Assembly: GCA_963771175.1 (NCBI GenBank)
Contig: CAVYSY010000040.1
Location: 320,001 to 384,000, forward strand
DNA: 64,000 bases
Origin: an uncultured delta proteobacterium
GTDB taxonomy: Bacteria; Myxococcota; Myxococcia; Myxococcales; Myxococcaceae
Direction of reading: 5' to 3'
The translations under genes were made by a program, and so were the position numbers. Shown piece after piece: positions 50,387-60,876 of this stretch. Under the pieces are notes generated by a model that did no database searches, had not been told where the DNA came from, and worked only from the letters and a program-made list of their open reading frames with translations. The number at the start of each line of letters is the position of its first letter. Position 1 is the first letter of the stretch.

Positions 50387-53300
50387 GTGGAGACGCAGTC
50401 TTCCAACGCCACTATCAGCCGCGTGCGAGTGGGTACCATCAACCACGTTCGCATCGCTGGCGTCATCGACGAGACGTTCCCGCTGACGGCATCCTCTCCG
50501 GACCTCGGTGGGCTCATCATCGTCGACCTGGGCCAGGTGGAGCGCATCAGCTCCTTCGGCGTGCGGCGGTGGATCGAGTTCGCCAGCAAGATGCCCCCCG
50601 GGGGCATTGGCTCTACGTGGTCAACGCGCCACCGGTGATGGTCGACCAGCTCAACATGGTGGAGGGCTTCTCCGGCGTGGCGCGGGTGCTGTCGGTGCTG
50701 GCGCCCTACACGTGCCGCGCCTGCGACGAGGATCGGCTGCGCCTGGTGGATCTGCAGGCGGAGGCCGCGGTCATCGCCGACGGCCGCGCGCCGGAGCACT
50801 CCTGCCCGGTGTGTGCCGGCAAGCTGGAGTTCGCGGATCTCCCCGAGCGAGTTCTTCGACTCACGCCAGGCGCCAGCAGTTCGGCACGGTGGATCCGGTG
50901 GTGATGCGCTACCTGCGCGCCACCACGCCGAGCGCGCCCGCCGCGCTCACCACGCACCTGAAGATCATCCAGGACGACATCACGTTCATCTCCCTGGCCA
51001 GCGAGCTGAAGGGGGACCTGAACGTGCGCCGGCTGGCCTCGGGCCTGGAGGGGCGCGTCGCCTTCGACTTCGCGCACGTCACCAAGGTGGAGCCGGAGGC
51101 CGTCGGCAAGCTGGAGCAGGTGCTGGCCACGGCGGCGCAGGGGGCCAAGGAGGTGGTGCTGTGCCGGCTGCCACCGCCGGCGCTCAATCGCCCTGGCGCG
51201 CTTCACCCGGCCGCTCACCGCGAAGATCGCCACGTTGTGGCTGCCGTGCGAGTGCCGCAACTGCGGCCATGAGCACCAGCAGCGCGCCCTCGCTTCCGAG
51301 TACCTCGCCAAGCTGCGCGCCAACGCCAGCCCGGAGCGCGAGTGCCCCATCTGCGGTGGCACCGCGCGCCTTCCCTCCGTCCCCCAGCTCCTGCCGCTGC
51401 TTGGACGCTCGGCGCTGGTGGACCGGCCGATGGACGACATCGAGGCGCTCGAGCCGCGCGCCCTCAGTCAGTACCTCTTCGGCTCCACCAACGTGGACCC
51501 GAGCGCCAACAAGGGCACCACCTCGGACATCAGCAGCTCCATCGACAACAAGCTGCAGATCATCCGCCGGCTGGGCCAGGGTGGCATGGCGGAGGTGTTC
51601 CTCGCCAAGCAGGTGGGCGTGAAGGGGTTCGAGAAGTTCGTGGTGATGAAGAAGATTCTCCCGCAGTTCGCGGAGAACTCTGAGTTCGTCGACATGCTCT
51701 TCGCCGAGGCGCGGGCCAACGCGCGCCTCACGCACCCCAACGTCGTGCAGACGTTCGACGTGGGCATGTCCGGTGGCGTGGCGTACATCCTCATGGAGTA
51801 CGTCCGCGGCCCGGACCTCAAGAAGCTGCTGAACGAGCTGCGGCGCAAGGGGGTCGCCCTGCCGCTGGAGCACGCGCTGCGCATCGTCGCCGAGACGGCC
51901 GCGGGCCTGCACTACGCGCACAGCTACGTGGATCCCGCCGGCGTGCCCCACCCGGTGGTGCACCGCGACGTCAGCCCGCACAACGTCCTCATCTCGCTCG
52001 ACGGTGCCATCAAGCTGAGCGACTTCGGCATCGCCAAGGTCCAGGGCGAGGAGAACACCCAGGCGGGCGTGCTCAAGGGGAAGATCTCCTACATCTCCCC
52101 GGAGGCGGCGGCCGGCCGGCCCCTGGACGCGCGCAACGACGTGTTCGCCCTGGGCGTGGTGCTCTTCGAGCTGCTCACCGGCCAGCTGCCCTTCAAGCGG
52201 GACCACGACGCGGCCACGCTCAACGCGATCGTTCGCGAGCCGGCGCCCATACCCTCGCAGCTCAGGCCGACCATCCCCCAGGACGTGTCGGACCTCATCC
52301 TGCGTGCCCTGGTGAAGGATCCGGCGCGCCGCACGCCGTCCGCCGCGGCCATGCGCGAGGAGATCGAGGCGGTGATGGCCCACCACCGGCTCAACTCGTC
52401 GCCGGCGGCGGTGGCCCAGTTCTTCAAGGTGACGCTGGGCGAGCGGCTGGCGGAGTTCGGCCCCGTCACCAGCGGCCCTCATACCGGCTCGTACCCGAGT
52501 GCGGGCACGGGCAGCGGTGCTCGTCCGTTGGCCCCGGGAGGAACGGGGGAGATGATGGCACCCGCGGACTCGTCCCTGCGGTCCGGGACGGGCTCGCGGC
52601 CCAGCGCGAGCGGCACCGGGCAGTATGGCGGCTCCGTGCCTCCGCCGCCTCCTTCGGCGGCAGCGCGTCCGGTGGCGCCTCCACCGCCCGCTTCAGGGTT
52701 CCCCACGGAGGATCGTACCGAGGTCTACCGGCCCGTGCAGCAGGGCCTCATCGCCCAAAACGCGATGTCGCCCGAGCCTCCGAGGGCGAACCCGGCGGCC
52801 CCGCCCGCGAGGCCCTCGCAGTCCGGCATGCCTCCCATTCCGCCTCCGCCTCCGCCCACTGTGGCGTCGCGTCCGGCGGTCACGGCTCCGCCCGTTGGTG
52901 CTCAGGGCGTGCCCATGGCGTCGCGGCCCTCCGGCTCCGGGCCGGTGGCGCCGCCCCGTCCGTCCGGGCCCGCGTTGCAGCCGGCGATCCCGGTGGACAC
53001 CCGCACGACGACCCAGACGGTCCCCGCGTCCGTTCCCGTGGCCGCTCCTCCTGCTGCCCACAAGGCTCCGGCGGCCCCCAAGGCTCCGGTCGCGGCGGCT
53101 CCGGCCCCATCCGCACCATTGCCCGCCGCGAAGTCCTCGGCGTCCAAGTGGATCGTCATGGGCATCACCGGGCTCCTGCTGCTCGCCGGTGCCGGCGTGG
53201 TGGTCTCGAAGATGGGCTCCGGGAGCGGCATCGAGGTGATCAACCTCGAGGCGGGTGAGCAACTCTACGTGTCCGGCGTCCAGACGGATCCGAAGAACGT

Positions 53301-53640
53301 GAGTCTGGAAGGCTCCGGCATGTACGTCATCTCCACCGCCATGAACGGCCGCCTGCGCCGCTTCGGGACGACGTCGCCCAAGGATGTCATCGACGTGCGC
53401 ACCCTCCCCGAGGCGATGCCTCAGCAGGGGAGCACGGGGACGGTGCACATTGGCGGAAAGGCTGGCTGCTACGTGAAGGTGGGCACGGAGATGCTCTCCG
53501 GTTCGACGCCGGTGAAGGCCAACATCGAGGCCGGCCGCGAGCTGGAGATCACCGTGACCTGCCCCGGTCAGTCCCTGTGGATTCAGCGGGTGCTGGCGGT
53601 GCCAGGGCAGGAGCTGGAACTCACGCCCACGCCCCAGTAA
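50387..53640 (+). CDS. Membrane Ser/Thr kinase with two N-terminal STAS-like + Zn-ribbon modules; ~4 indels at ~50600, 50845, 50862, 51186
   Basis: GVIDE..VDLGQVERISSFGV (STAS), CRAC..CPVC, second module DFAHVTKVEPEAV with CRNC..CPIC; kinase LGQGGMAEV, VVMKKI, HRDVSPHN, SDFG, GKISYISPE; Pro-rich linker; TM WIVMGITGLLLLAGAGVVV; C-terminal PEGA-like domain. Confidence 0.88.
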
Positions 53641-53731
53641 TCATCGTGGAGTCGCTTCGCGGTGCCGTGCTCGGATGTGGTATGCGCGCGTCCGGGCCAG
53701 AAGTGACTGGCCGAAAGAAAGGCTTGGTTCG

Positions 53732-54172
53732 ATGGCATCACTCACCGAGGCACTCACCAGCGGAACCAGGAAGGCGGCGGTCATCGACGACTGCTGCGCC
53801 CTCATCGACGCCGAGGTCGCCGACAAGGGCGGCATCTCGGGCTTCGCCATCAAGGCGGGCTACAGCGCCGTCAAGGGCATCAAGCCCGGCTTCATCCGGC
53901 ATGCCGTGGAGGATCTCCTCCCCGAGTTCGCCAAGGCGCTCGAGCCGCTCTACCAGGAGGCCAAGGCGGGCGGAAAGCCGGTGGCTTCCCACATCACGTC
54001 GAACGCGGCGCGCGCCGCTGACGCCCTCCTCTCCATCACCGACACGAAGGTGCGCCACGCGCAGAGCGGCCTGGTGAAGGGGACGTACGACAAGCTGCGC
54101 GGCACGGCGAAGAAGAACGTCGAGTCCGCCATCCCCCGCATCGGCAAGCTCATCGAGAAGCACGCGAGCTGA
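53732..54172 (+). CDS. Conserved hypothetical protein (DUF6918-like)
   Basis: LIDAEVADKGGISG..K.GY..VKGIKPG, ADALLSITD, Y.KLRG.AKKNV pattern; good codon bias. Confidence 0.75.
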   Translation: MASLTEALTSGTRKAAVIDDCCALIDAEVADKGGISGFAIKAGYSAVKGIKPGFIRHAVEDLLPEFAKALEPLYQEAKAGGKPVASHITSNAARAADALLSITDTKVRHAQSGLVKGTYDKLRGTAKKNVESAIPRIGKLIEKHAS

Positions 54173-54256
54173 GCGCGGCTTTTCTCCGTCCGCGAGTGTA
54201 GCGTCCCGCTCTTGATGGAGCGGGGCGGGCTGGCCGGGAGCAGGACCTCACGCACA

Positions 54257-55170
54257 TCACCGATGAGGATCGCGAGGGGGTCGGCATCGAGTTCTATGCC
54301 GTCGTCCTGGAGAAACGGTAGCGGACCCCTCGGAGGGGGGACCGAAGCCCCCCGGAATGTGCTCGAAGGACACCACGCTCTGCGTCAGTGCCGGGAAGCC
54401 CAGCTCGCGTGAGAGTCGCCAGAGCTGTTGCCGGAACACGGGCTCGGAGGGCACCGGCTCCTGGGTGCCCACCAGGATCAGATTGTTGCTCTCCGCGGTG
54501 CCGCGCAGCAGGGCGCAGTCCTCGAAGGCCCGGGCGAAGGTCTCGATGCGCGAGGCCACGGTTCGGGGATCCTCGAACGCGACGTTGCGCACCGCGACGC
54601 CTCCGGGGGCGAGCCTGTGCCGGACGTCCTCGAAGAAGCGCGAGTTAGTCAGGTGCTCCGGAGCCCCGCTGTCGGAGAAGGCGTCGAGGAGGATGAGATC
54701 GTAGCGAGGCCCCTCTTGTTCCATGAAGCGGGCCCCATCCTCCTCCACGATGCGAAGCCGGGGATCCTCGGGGACGCCGAAGAAGCGATGGGCGACCTCC
54801 ACCACCACCGGATTGAGCTCCACCACCTCCACCACCATCTGGGGCAGGCGCTGGTGCAGCATCAGGGGAAACGAGCCCCCGCCCAGGCCCACCACCAGGG
54901 CGCGGGAGCGGCCCTCGGTGAGCGCGAGCCCGGCGATGGCCCGGCGCACATAGTTCAACGGGATCGCCCGGGGGTCGCTCTTGATGAGGACGCTCTGGCA
55001 AGCCCCCTCGGGGCTGCCGAAGTGGAGCGAGCGCAGGTCGCCCTCGTCCACCACGAACACGGGACCGAAAGGGGATGGGGCCTCGTGGACAACCATCAGG
55101 GCGCCTGGGTCGGAACGGGGTCAAGGGCCCGGTTGTGGAGAGCGAACAACCCGAGAGTCCTACGTGACAT
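54257..55170 (-). CDS. Spermidine-synthase-like class I SAM-dependent transferase
   Basis: ALVVGLGGGS, VVELNPVV, EDGARF, YDLILLDAF, LAPGGV. GAGGAG RBS + ATG 55170 joins the 55096 ORF if a C run gains one base; otherwise start 55096. Confidence 0.8.
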
Positions 55171-55247
55171 GGTCTCCTCGTGAATGGGGGTCGCCCACCA
55201 TAGCGGTTCCTGCAAGGAGGGGTGGGAACTCCGAGGCGATACGCGGC

Positions 55248-56453
55248 TCATCCCGGGGACGGGGAAGTGTCGTCCGGGGCGGCGGGCAGCTGGACGCGGA
55301 AGCAGGTGCCCTTGCCCACGGTGCTCTCCACGGAGATCTCCCCCTTCATCCCGGTGACGATGCCGTGGCAGATGGCGAGCCCCAGGCCTGTCCCCACGCC
55401 CACGGGCCGGGTGGTGAAGAACGGATCGAAGATGCGCTCCAGGTTCTCCTGGGCAATGCCCTGGCCGGTGTCCCGGATTTCGATCACCACCTTGTCGCCC
55501 TCCGCCCTCAGGTGGGCCTCCACGGTGTTCCGCTCGGGAGCGCCCTCCGGGATGGCCTGGGCGGCGTTGAGCAGCAGGTTGAGGAACACCTGCCCCAGCC
55601 TCGACTCGTTGCCGAGCGCCGGCGGCGCGTCCGCGATGTGTCGGACCAGCCGGGCCCGCGACCGGAGCTCCGGCATGGCCATGTTGATCGACGTCTCCAG
55701 CGCCCGCCGGACATCCGCCTGCCCCTCGGAGAAGCCCGAGTCCTCGCCTCGCGCGAACATCTTCAGGTCGCCCACCACGTCGCGGATGCGCGTGGTGCCC
55801 TGCCGTGCATCGGTGAGCGCCTCCACGCACTCCTCCAGCGTACGCTCCAGCCGGGCGAGGTCCGACGGCCCCTTCGCGCCGCCCAGGGCCTGCCGCAGCT
55901 CCTCCAGTCCTTCCGCGACGAAGTTGAGGTTGGAGGAGATGTAGCCCAGGGGGTTGCTCACCTCGTGCGCCACCCCGGCGGCCAGCGTGCCCAGCGCCGC
56001 CAGCCGATCCGCCTGGAGCAGGCGCAGCTCGAGCGTCTTCCTCTGGGTGATGTCCCGGACGAGGCAGGCCACGCTCGCGCGCTGGGGCACCGGCAGCGCA
56101 TCGGCGCCGAACCAGCGGCGCCCGCCCGGCATGTCCAGCGAGTACTCGAAGTGCTCGGCCTCGCCCGTGGTCAGCACGCGCTGGATGCACGCCTGGAACG
56201 GCACGCCGATCTGTGGGCCGACGACCTCGGTGATGGTCCGTCCCAGTATCGTCTCGCGAGGCGCGGCCAGCATCGCGTCGGAGCGGGTGAACACCGCGAG
56301 GTAGCGGCCGTCCACGTCGAACTCGAAGACGATGCTCTCGGTGAGGCCGAGCACCACGCGCAGCCGTTCCTCGGCTGCTTCCAGTTGGAGGGGCAGGGCC
56401 TCATCGGGAAGCGGCGGGGGGGCGCTCGCTCGGGGGTCGGTAGAATCACCCAT
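55248..56453 (-). CDS. Cytoplasmic PAS sensor histidine kinase
   Basis: PAS (FEFDVDGRY..RDITQRK), H box GVAHEVSNPL, QVFLNLLLNA, DTGQGI, FDPFFTT, GTGLGL. Confidence 0.95.
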   Translation of the reverse strand: MGDSTDPRASAPPPLPDEALPLQLEAAEERLRVVLGLTESIVFEFDVDGRYLAVFTRSDAMLAAPRETILGRTITEVVGPQIGVPFQACIQRVLTTGEAEHFEYSLDMPGGRRWFGADALPVPQRASVACLVRDITQRKTLELRLLQADRLAALGTLAAGVAHEVSNPLGYISSNLNFVAEGLEELRQALGGAKGPSDLARLERTLEECVEALTDARQGTTRIRDVVGDLKMFARGEDSGFSEGQADVRRALETSINMAMPELRSRARLVRHIADAPPALGNESRLGQVFLNLLLNAAQAIPEGAPERNTVEAHLRAEGDKVVIEIRDTGQGIAQENLERIFDPFFTTRPVGVGTGLGLAICHGIVTGMKGEISVESTVGKGTCFRVQLPAAPDDTSPSPG

Positions 56454-56645
56454 GGATGTATTGTCGCGATTTCCGCGACAATTCACGAGGCCTCCCCCTG
56501 GCTCCAGGGCTCGGCTGGTGGCCTGCTCTGCGAGTTGCCCTTTGCGCCCCAATTACCAAAAGCCGTGGAGGTCAGGAGGGCTGTGCTCGAGGCGAAGACG
56601 CCGGGGCTGCACGAAAGGCTCGTTTAGGGGAGACTGAGGGCGTCC

Positions 56646-57704
56646 ATGAGCACCTCGGCTCCGGGAGAGTCCCCGGTCCTGTCCTTCCGACACCTGCTGT
56701 CCGACGCGGTCGGCTCGTTCCTCCATGAAGCCGGGCTGGCGCCCGCGCAGGTGGGGGACGCACTCAGTGAGCTCATCGTGACGCTGTCTCGCTACCGCGA
56801 GGAGGGCGAGCCGCTCTTCCCCGTGGCCTTCCTGGGCGACGACCTGGAAGAGATGCTGCGCGTGCTGGGCGGGAGCGAGCCGGTGTCCATTGGAGTGGGC
56901 CCTCGGACGCGGGAGACGATCCAACGGGCACTCAAGCAGTGCGCGCCCCTGGGGCAGGGGCGGTGGTGGGGGCTGTACGTGCTGCTGGTGCCGGAGGGCT
57001 TCGCCTACGGCGTCTTCCGGACGGACCCCTCGCCGCTGGTGGAGACGCCCCTGGAGCGGATGCGGCGGGCCGGAGATCGCTCGCTGCGCATGGTGGGCGT
57101 GCTGCAACTGGCGGAGAACGTCATCGAGCTGCGCGGCATGGGAGGCCTGTATCGGCACGTCTTCCTGTCCGGCGCGCGGTTGGAGTCCTCGCTGCCCACG
57201 GTGGCGATGGACGAGCTGGCGCTGTCGCTCACCGCGGACGTGTTGGAGCCGGCGCGGAGCCTGACGCGGGACTTCTACCGGCGGGTGCTCTTCGAGGCCA
57301 TGCAGGCCAAGCACGGCACGCTGGTGGCGGTGCTGCCGAAGGGCAGCGGTGACTCGCCGTTGTTCGTGGATGGTGTGCTGCTGGCGCAGCCGATCGACAT
57401 GGTGGCGCGGGTGATGCGCTACCACGAGAGCCCGGACGTGGAGGCGGCCTCGGCGGTGAGCGCGGCGGCGCAGCTCCTGCGCGGGATGATGGCCACGGAC
57501 GGCATCACCGTGCTGCGCTCGGACGGGTTCATCCTCGGCTACAACGTCTTCATCCGGCACCCGGAGACGCTGATGCGTGCGCCGGGCCGCGTGGGCGGCG
57601 CGCGGCGGCGGACCTACGAGGTGCTCAGCGCCTGGGTGGGGCGGGAGCTGACGGCGGCCTTCTTCCGCTCCCAGGACGGCGCCGTGGCCTGCTGCCGGGA
57701 CTGA
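56646..57704 (+). CDS. Divergent diadenylate-cyclase (DisA_N/DAC)-fold protein with uncharacterised N-terminal domain
   Basis: HGTLVAV, TDGITVL..ILGY, GGARRRT, RSQDG match the order of DAC motifs (HGA-LI, DGA, GTRHR, SE/QDG). Confidence 0.6.
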   Translation: MSTSAPGESPVLSFRHLLSDAVGSFLHEAGLAPAQVGDALSELIVTLSRYREEGEPLFPVAFLGDDLEEMLRVLGGSEPVSIGVGPRTRETIQRALKQCAPLGQGRWWGLYVLLVPEGFAYGVFRTDPSPLVETPLERMRRAGDRSLRMVGVLQLAENVIELRGMGGLYRHVFLSGARLESSLPTVAMDELALSLTADVLEPARSLTRDFYRRVLFEAMQAKHGTLVAVLPKGSGDSPLFVDGVLLAQPIDMVARVMRYHESPDVEAASAVSAAAQLLRGMMATDGITVLRSDGFILGYNVFIRHPETLMRAPGRVGGARRRTYEVLSAWVGRELTAAFFRSQDGAVACCRD

Positions 57705-57705
57705 G

Positions 57706-58605
<900 letters not shown>

Positions 58606-58616
58606 GGGGCGACTCC

Positions 58617-59264
58617 CTAGGGTTGGGGTGGAGAAGCGAAGGCGCGACGGGCGAACTGGACCAGCAGCGCGAGCATCTGCCGGTGATCGGGATTGGCGGG
58701 GAGCGCCACGCCTCCGACGGCCGCGCCCTGCACGGCGTTGAGGATGAGCTCGATGATGGCGTCGAAGTCGGGGTGGGTGGCGGCGACGTCGGGGAAGAGC
58801 TCGCTCGCGACGCGGTGGAGGTGGCGGCGGTGGGGCGGGTCCACTCCGCTCAGCGCCGAGGCCAGCTCCGGATCGGTGCGCGCGGCGACGTACAGCTCGA
58901 CGGCGGCGAGCAGCTCCGGGCGCTGGTAGATGGACCACAGCCGCTCGATGGCCTGGGTCACGCGCTCCTCCTCCGGAAGCGAGGTGACATCGAGCCCGTC
59001 GCGGTACTCGGCGATGAGGCGGGGGAAGAGGTGCTCGACGGCGGCCCCGAGCAGCTCGGCCTTGGTGGGGAAGTGCTTGAAGAGGGCGCCCTGGGAGATG
59101 CCGGCACGCTGGGCGATCGCGATGGTGGTCGTCTGCGCGTGGCCGAGCTCCACCAGGCACTCGACGGTGGCTTCGAGCAGCTTGAGGCGGGTGGCATCCC
59201 GCCGTTCCTGCTGGGTGCGCCGGACGCGGGGCGCGGCCGCCGGAGCCGGAGACGGGTCGGACAT
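58617..59264 (-). CDS. TetR/AcrR family regulator
   Basis: RRTQQERR..LLEATVECL..IAQRAGISQGALFKHFPTKAELL; 11 nt upstream of the hydroxylase. Confidence 0.94.
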   Translation of the reverse strand: MSDPSPAPAAAPRVRRTQQERRDATRLKLLEATVECLVELGHAQTTTIAIAQRAGISQGALFKHFPTKAELLGAAVEHLFPRLIAEYRDGLDVTSLPEEERVTQAIERLWSIYQRPELLAAVELYVAARTDPELASALSGVDPPHRRHLHRVASELFPDVAATHPDFDAIIELILNAVQGAAVGGVALPANPDHRQMLALLVQFARRAFASPPQP

Positions 59265-59294
59265 GCCAAGACTGTAGTAATCCCACTTCGAAAA

Positions 59295-59316
59295 AGAAAG
59301 TGACTGGTCACTTTCT
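59295..59316. promoter_or_regulatory. Probable TetR operator
   Basis: Perfect inverted repeat AGAAAGTGAC-TG-GTCACTTTCT 30 nt upstream of the tetR start. Confidence 0.8.
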
Positions 59317-59376
59317 AAGTTCACAAAGGATGCTTCCCCAAGGGGAGAGCGGGGAGGCAACCCCTCCCTCTGGTGC

Positions 59377-60666
59377 CTATCCCTCGGTGAGTGCGTGCTC
59401 GGGGTGGGCCTCGGCGGAGGCGCGGGTGGCCTGGAAGAGCTTCCGAGCATCCTCGGCGGAGACACCCCGGAGGAAGTACGCGCGGGCGGCGGCGCCGAGG
59501 GCCAGGGTGCCGGCGAAGGCGACGGCGCCGGAGACGACACTTCCCCCTCCGGGGAAGACGAACTTGATGAGGGCCCGCGCCGTCTCGCGCAGGGCGAAGG
59601 CGGCACCGACGTTGATGCCCAGGGCGGTGAGGAACTCGCTGGAGGCCTTGAAGTCGAGCTGCCGGCCGGAGATCCACGCGATGCCGACGATGAGGCTCAC
59701 CTGGGCCGAGGTGATGGGGACGATGTCGGCCATGGGGATGGGCACGACGGCGATGCCCATGCAGAGGGTGGCCACGGCGCGGGTGAGGGTGGTGGCCAGC
59801 TCCTCCTGGAGGGCGCGCACGCGCGTCACGCGGGCGAGGACGAGCCGTCCCTGCTCCGGCAGCTCGCGAAACAGCACCTGGGCGAGCTCGCCCAGCCTCC
59901 ATCGCTCGTCCGAGCGGATGCTGCCGTCCGTGCGCCAGGACAGGTAGGTGGAGACGCCCATCACGGTGACGAGCTCGCCGCGCAGCTCCTCGCGGGAGCG
60001 GAGCTTCTCGCGCAGCTGGCGCTCGACGGCCTCGACGTGGCGGAGCTTCTCCTGGAGCTCGGCGGGATCCTGCGCCTCGGGCCGGTGGAGGTCGGTGCGC
60101 TTGGGCTCCAGCAAGTCACAGTGCGTGGCGACGCCGAGCAGGGGCGGGCGCGTGCCGTGGGCCTGCTCGACGGCGGAGACGATCTGCGCGAGCACATCCA
60201 GGTCGGCGTCGATGGCGGCATCCACCTCGGTGGCCTTGACGAGGAAGAGGAGTGCATCGGGCGCCTTGCGGCGGACCTCGGCGAGGATGGAGTCGAGAGG
60301 GGTGTCGGCCTCATCGGCCTCCTCGGGGCGCGAGCCCTCCTGGATGCCGCGCGTGTCGAGGATGGACAGGGTGCCGAGCTCGCCCTGGACGTCGAACCAG
60401 CGCCCGCGGCCCGTCTGCGACTTCACATGGCCCACCTCGGCGACCCGGGCGCCAAAGAAGGCGTTGATGAGGGACGACTTGCCGGCGCCGCGACGGCCGA
60501 CCAGCACCAGGTTGGGCGAACGCTGCTCCAACAGCAGGGCCCGCAAGTGGGCGATCTTCTGGCGGATCTCCCGGGCAAGCGGATCCGGGACCCGGTCCAG
60601 CAGCTCCTCGAGCCGACGGATCGCCTCGGCGATCTCCTGGAACGTGGGTTCGTTCGGGTCTGCCAT
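59377..60666 (-). CDS. Era/YfjP-like GTPase with C-terminal DUF697-like hydrophobic domain
   Basis: G1 GRRGAGKSS, G3 DTRG, G4-position THCD; C-terminal VPIPMADIVPITSAQ and Gly/Ala-rich helices. Confidence 0.85.
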   Translation of the reverse strand: MADPNEPTFQEIAEAIRRLEELLDRVPDPLAREIRQKIAHLRALLLEQRSPNLVLVGRRGAGKSSLINAFFGARVAEVGHVKSQTGRGRWFDVQGELGTLSILDTRGIQEGSRPEEADEADTPLDSILAEVRRKAPDALLFLVKATEVDAAIDADLDVLAQIVSAVEQAHGTRPPLLGVATHCDLLEPKRTDLHRPEAQDPAELQEKLRHVEAVERQLREKLRSREELRGELVTVMGVSTYLSWRTDGSIRSDERWRLGELAQVLFRELPEQGRLVLARVTRVRALQEELATTLTRAVATLCMGIAVVPIPMADIVPITSAQVSLIVGIAWISGRQLDFKASSEFLTALGINVGAAFALRETARALIKFVFPGGGSVVSGAVAFAGTLALGAAARAYFLRGVSAEDARKLFQATRASAEAHPEHALTEG

Positions 60667-60876
60667 GGGTCCCCTTCTGGATGCGGCCATACCAAACGAT
60701 ATGGATGTTGCACGTGCCACCAGGGCTGAGCCTTTCCGGCAATGCGCGTTTTTCGCTAGGGTAATCACTGCGCAACATTCGGACAGGGTCGCAAGACAAT
60801 GTCTGCAGAGGGGGGGGGAGTCCAGTTCCTCCTTGAAGAACAGTCCAAGCAGTTTTCCAAAAGGAGCAGGTGGGTC

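Noticed and set aside
55096..55170. 24-aa leader peptide coupled by TGATG to the spermidine-synthase-like gene
   Set aside because: One extra C in a C run fuses it in frame; an indel is the simpler explanation here.
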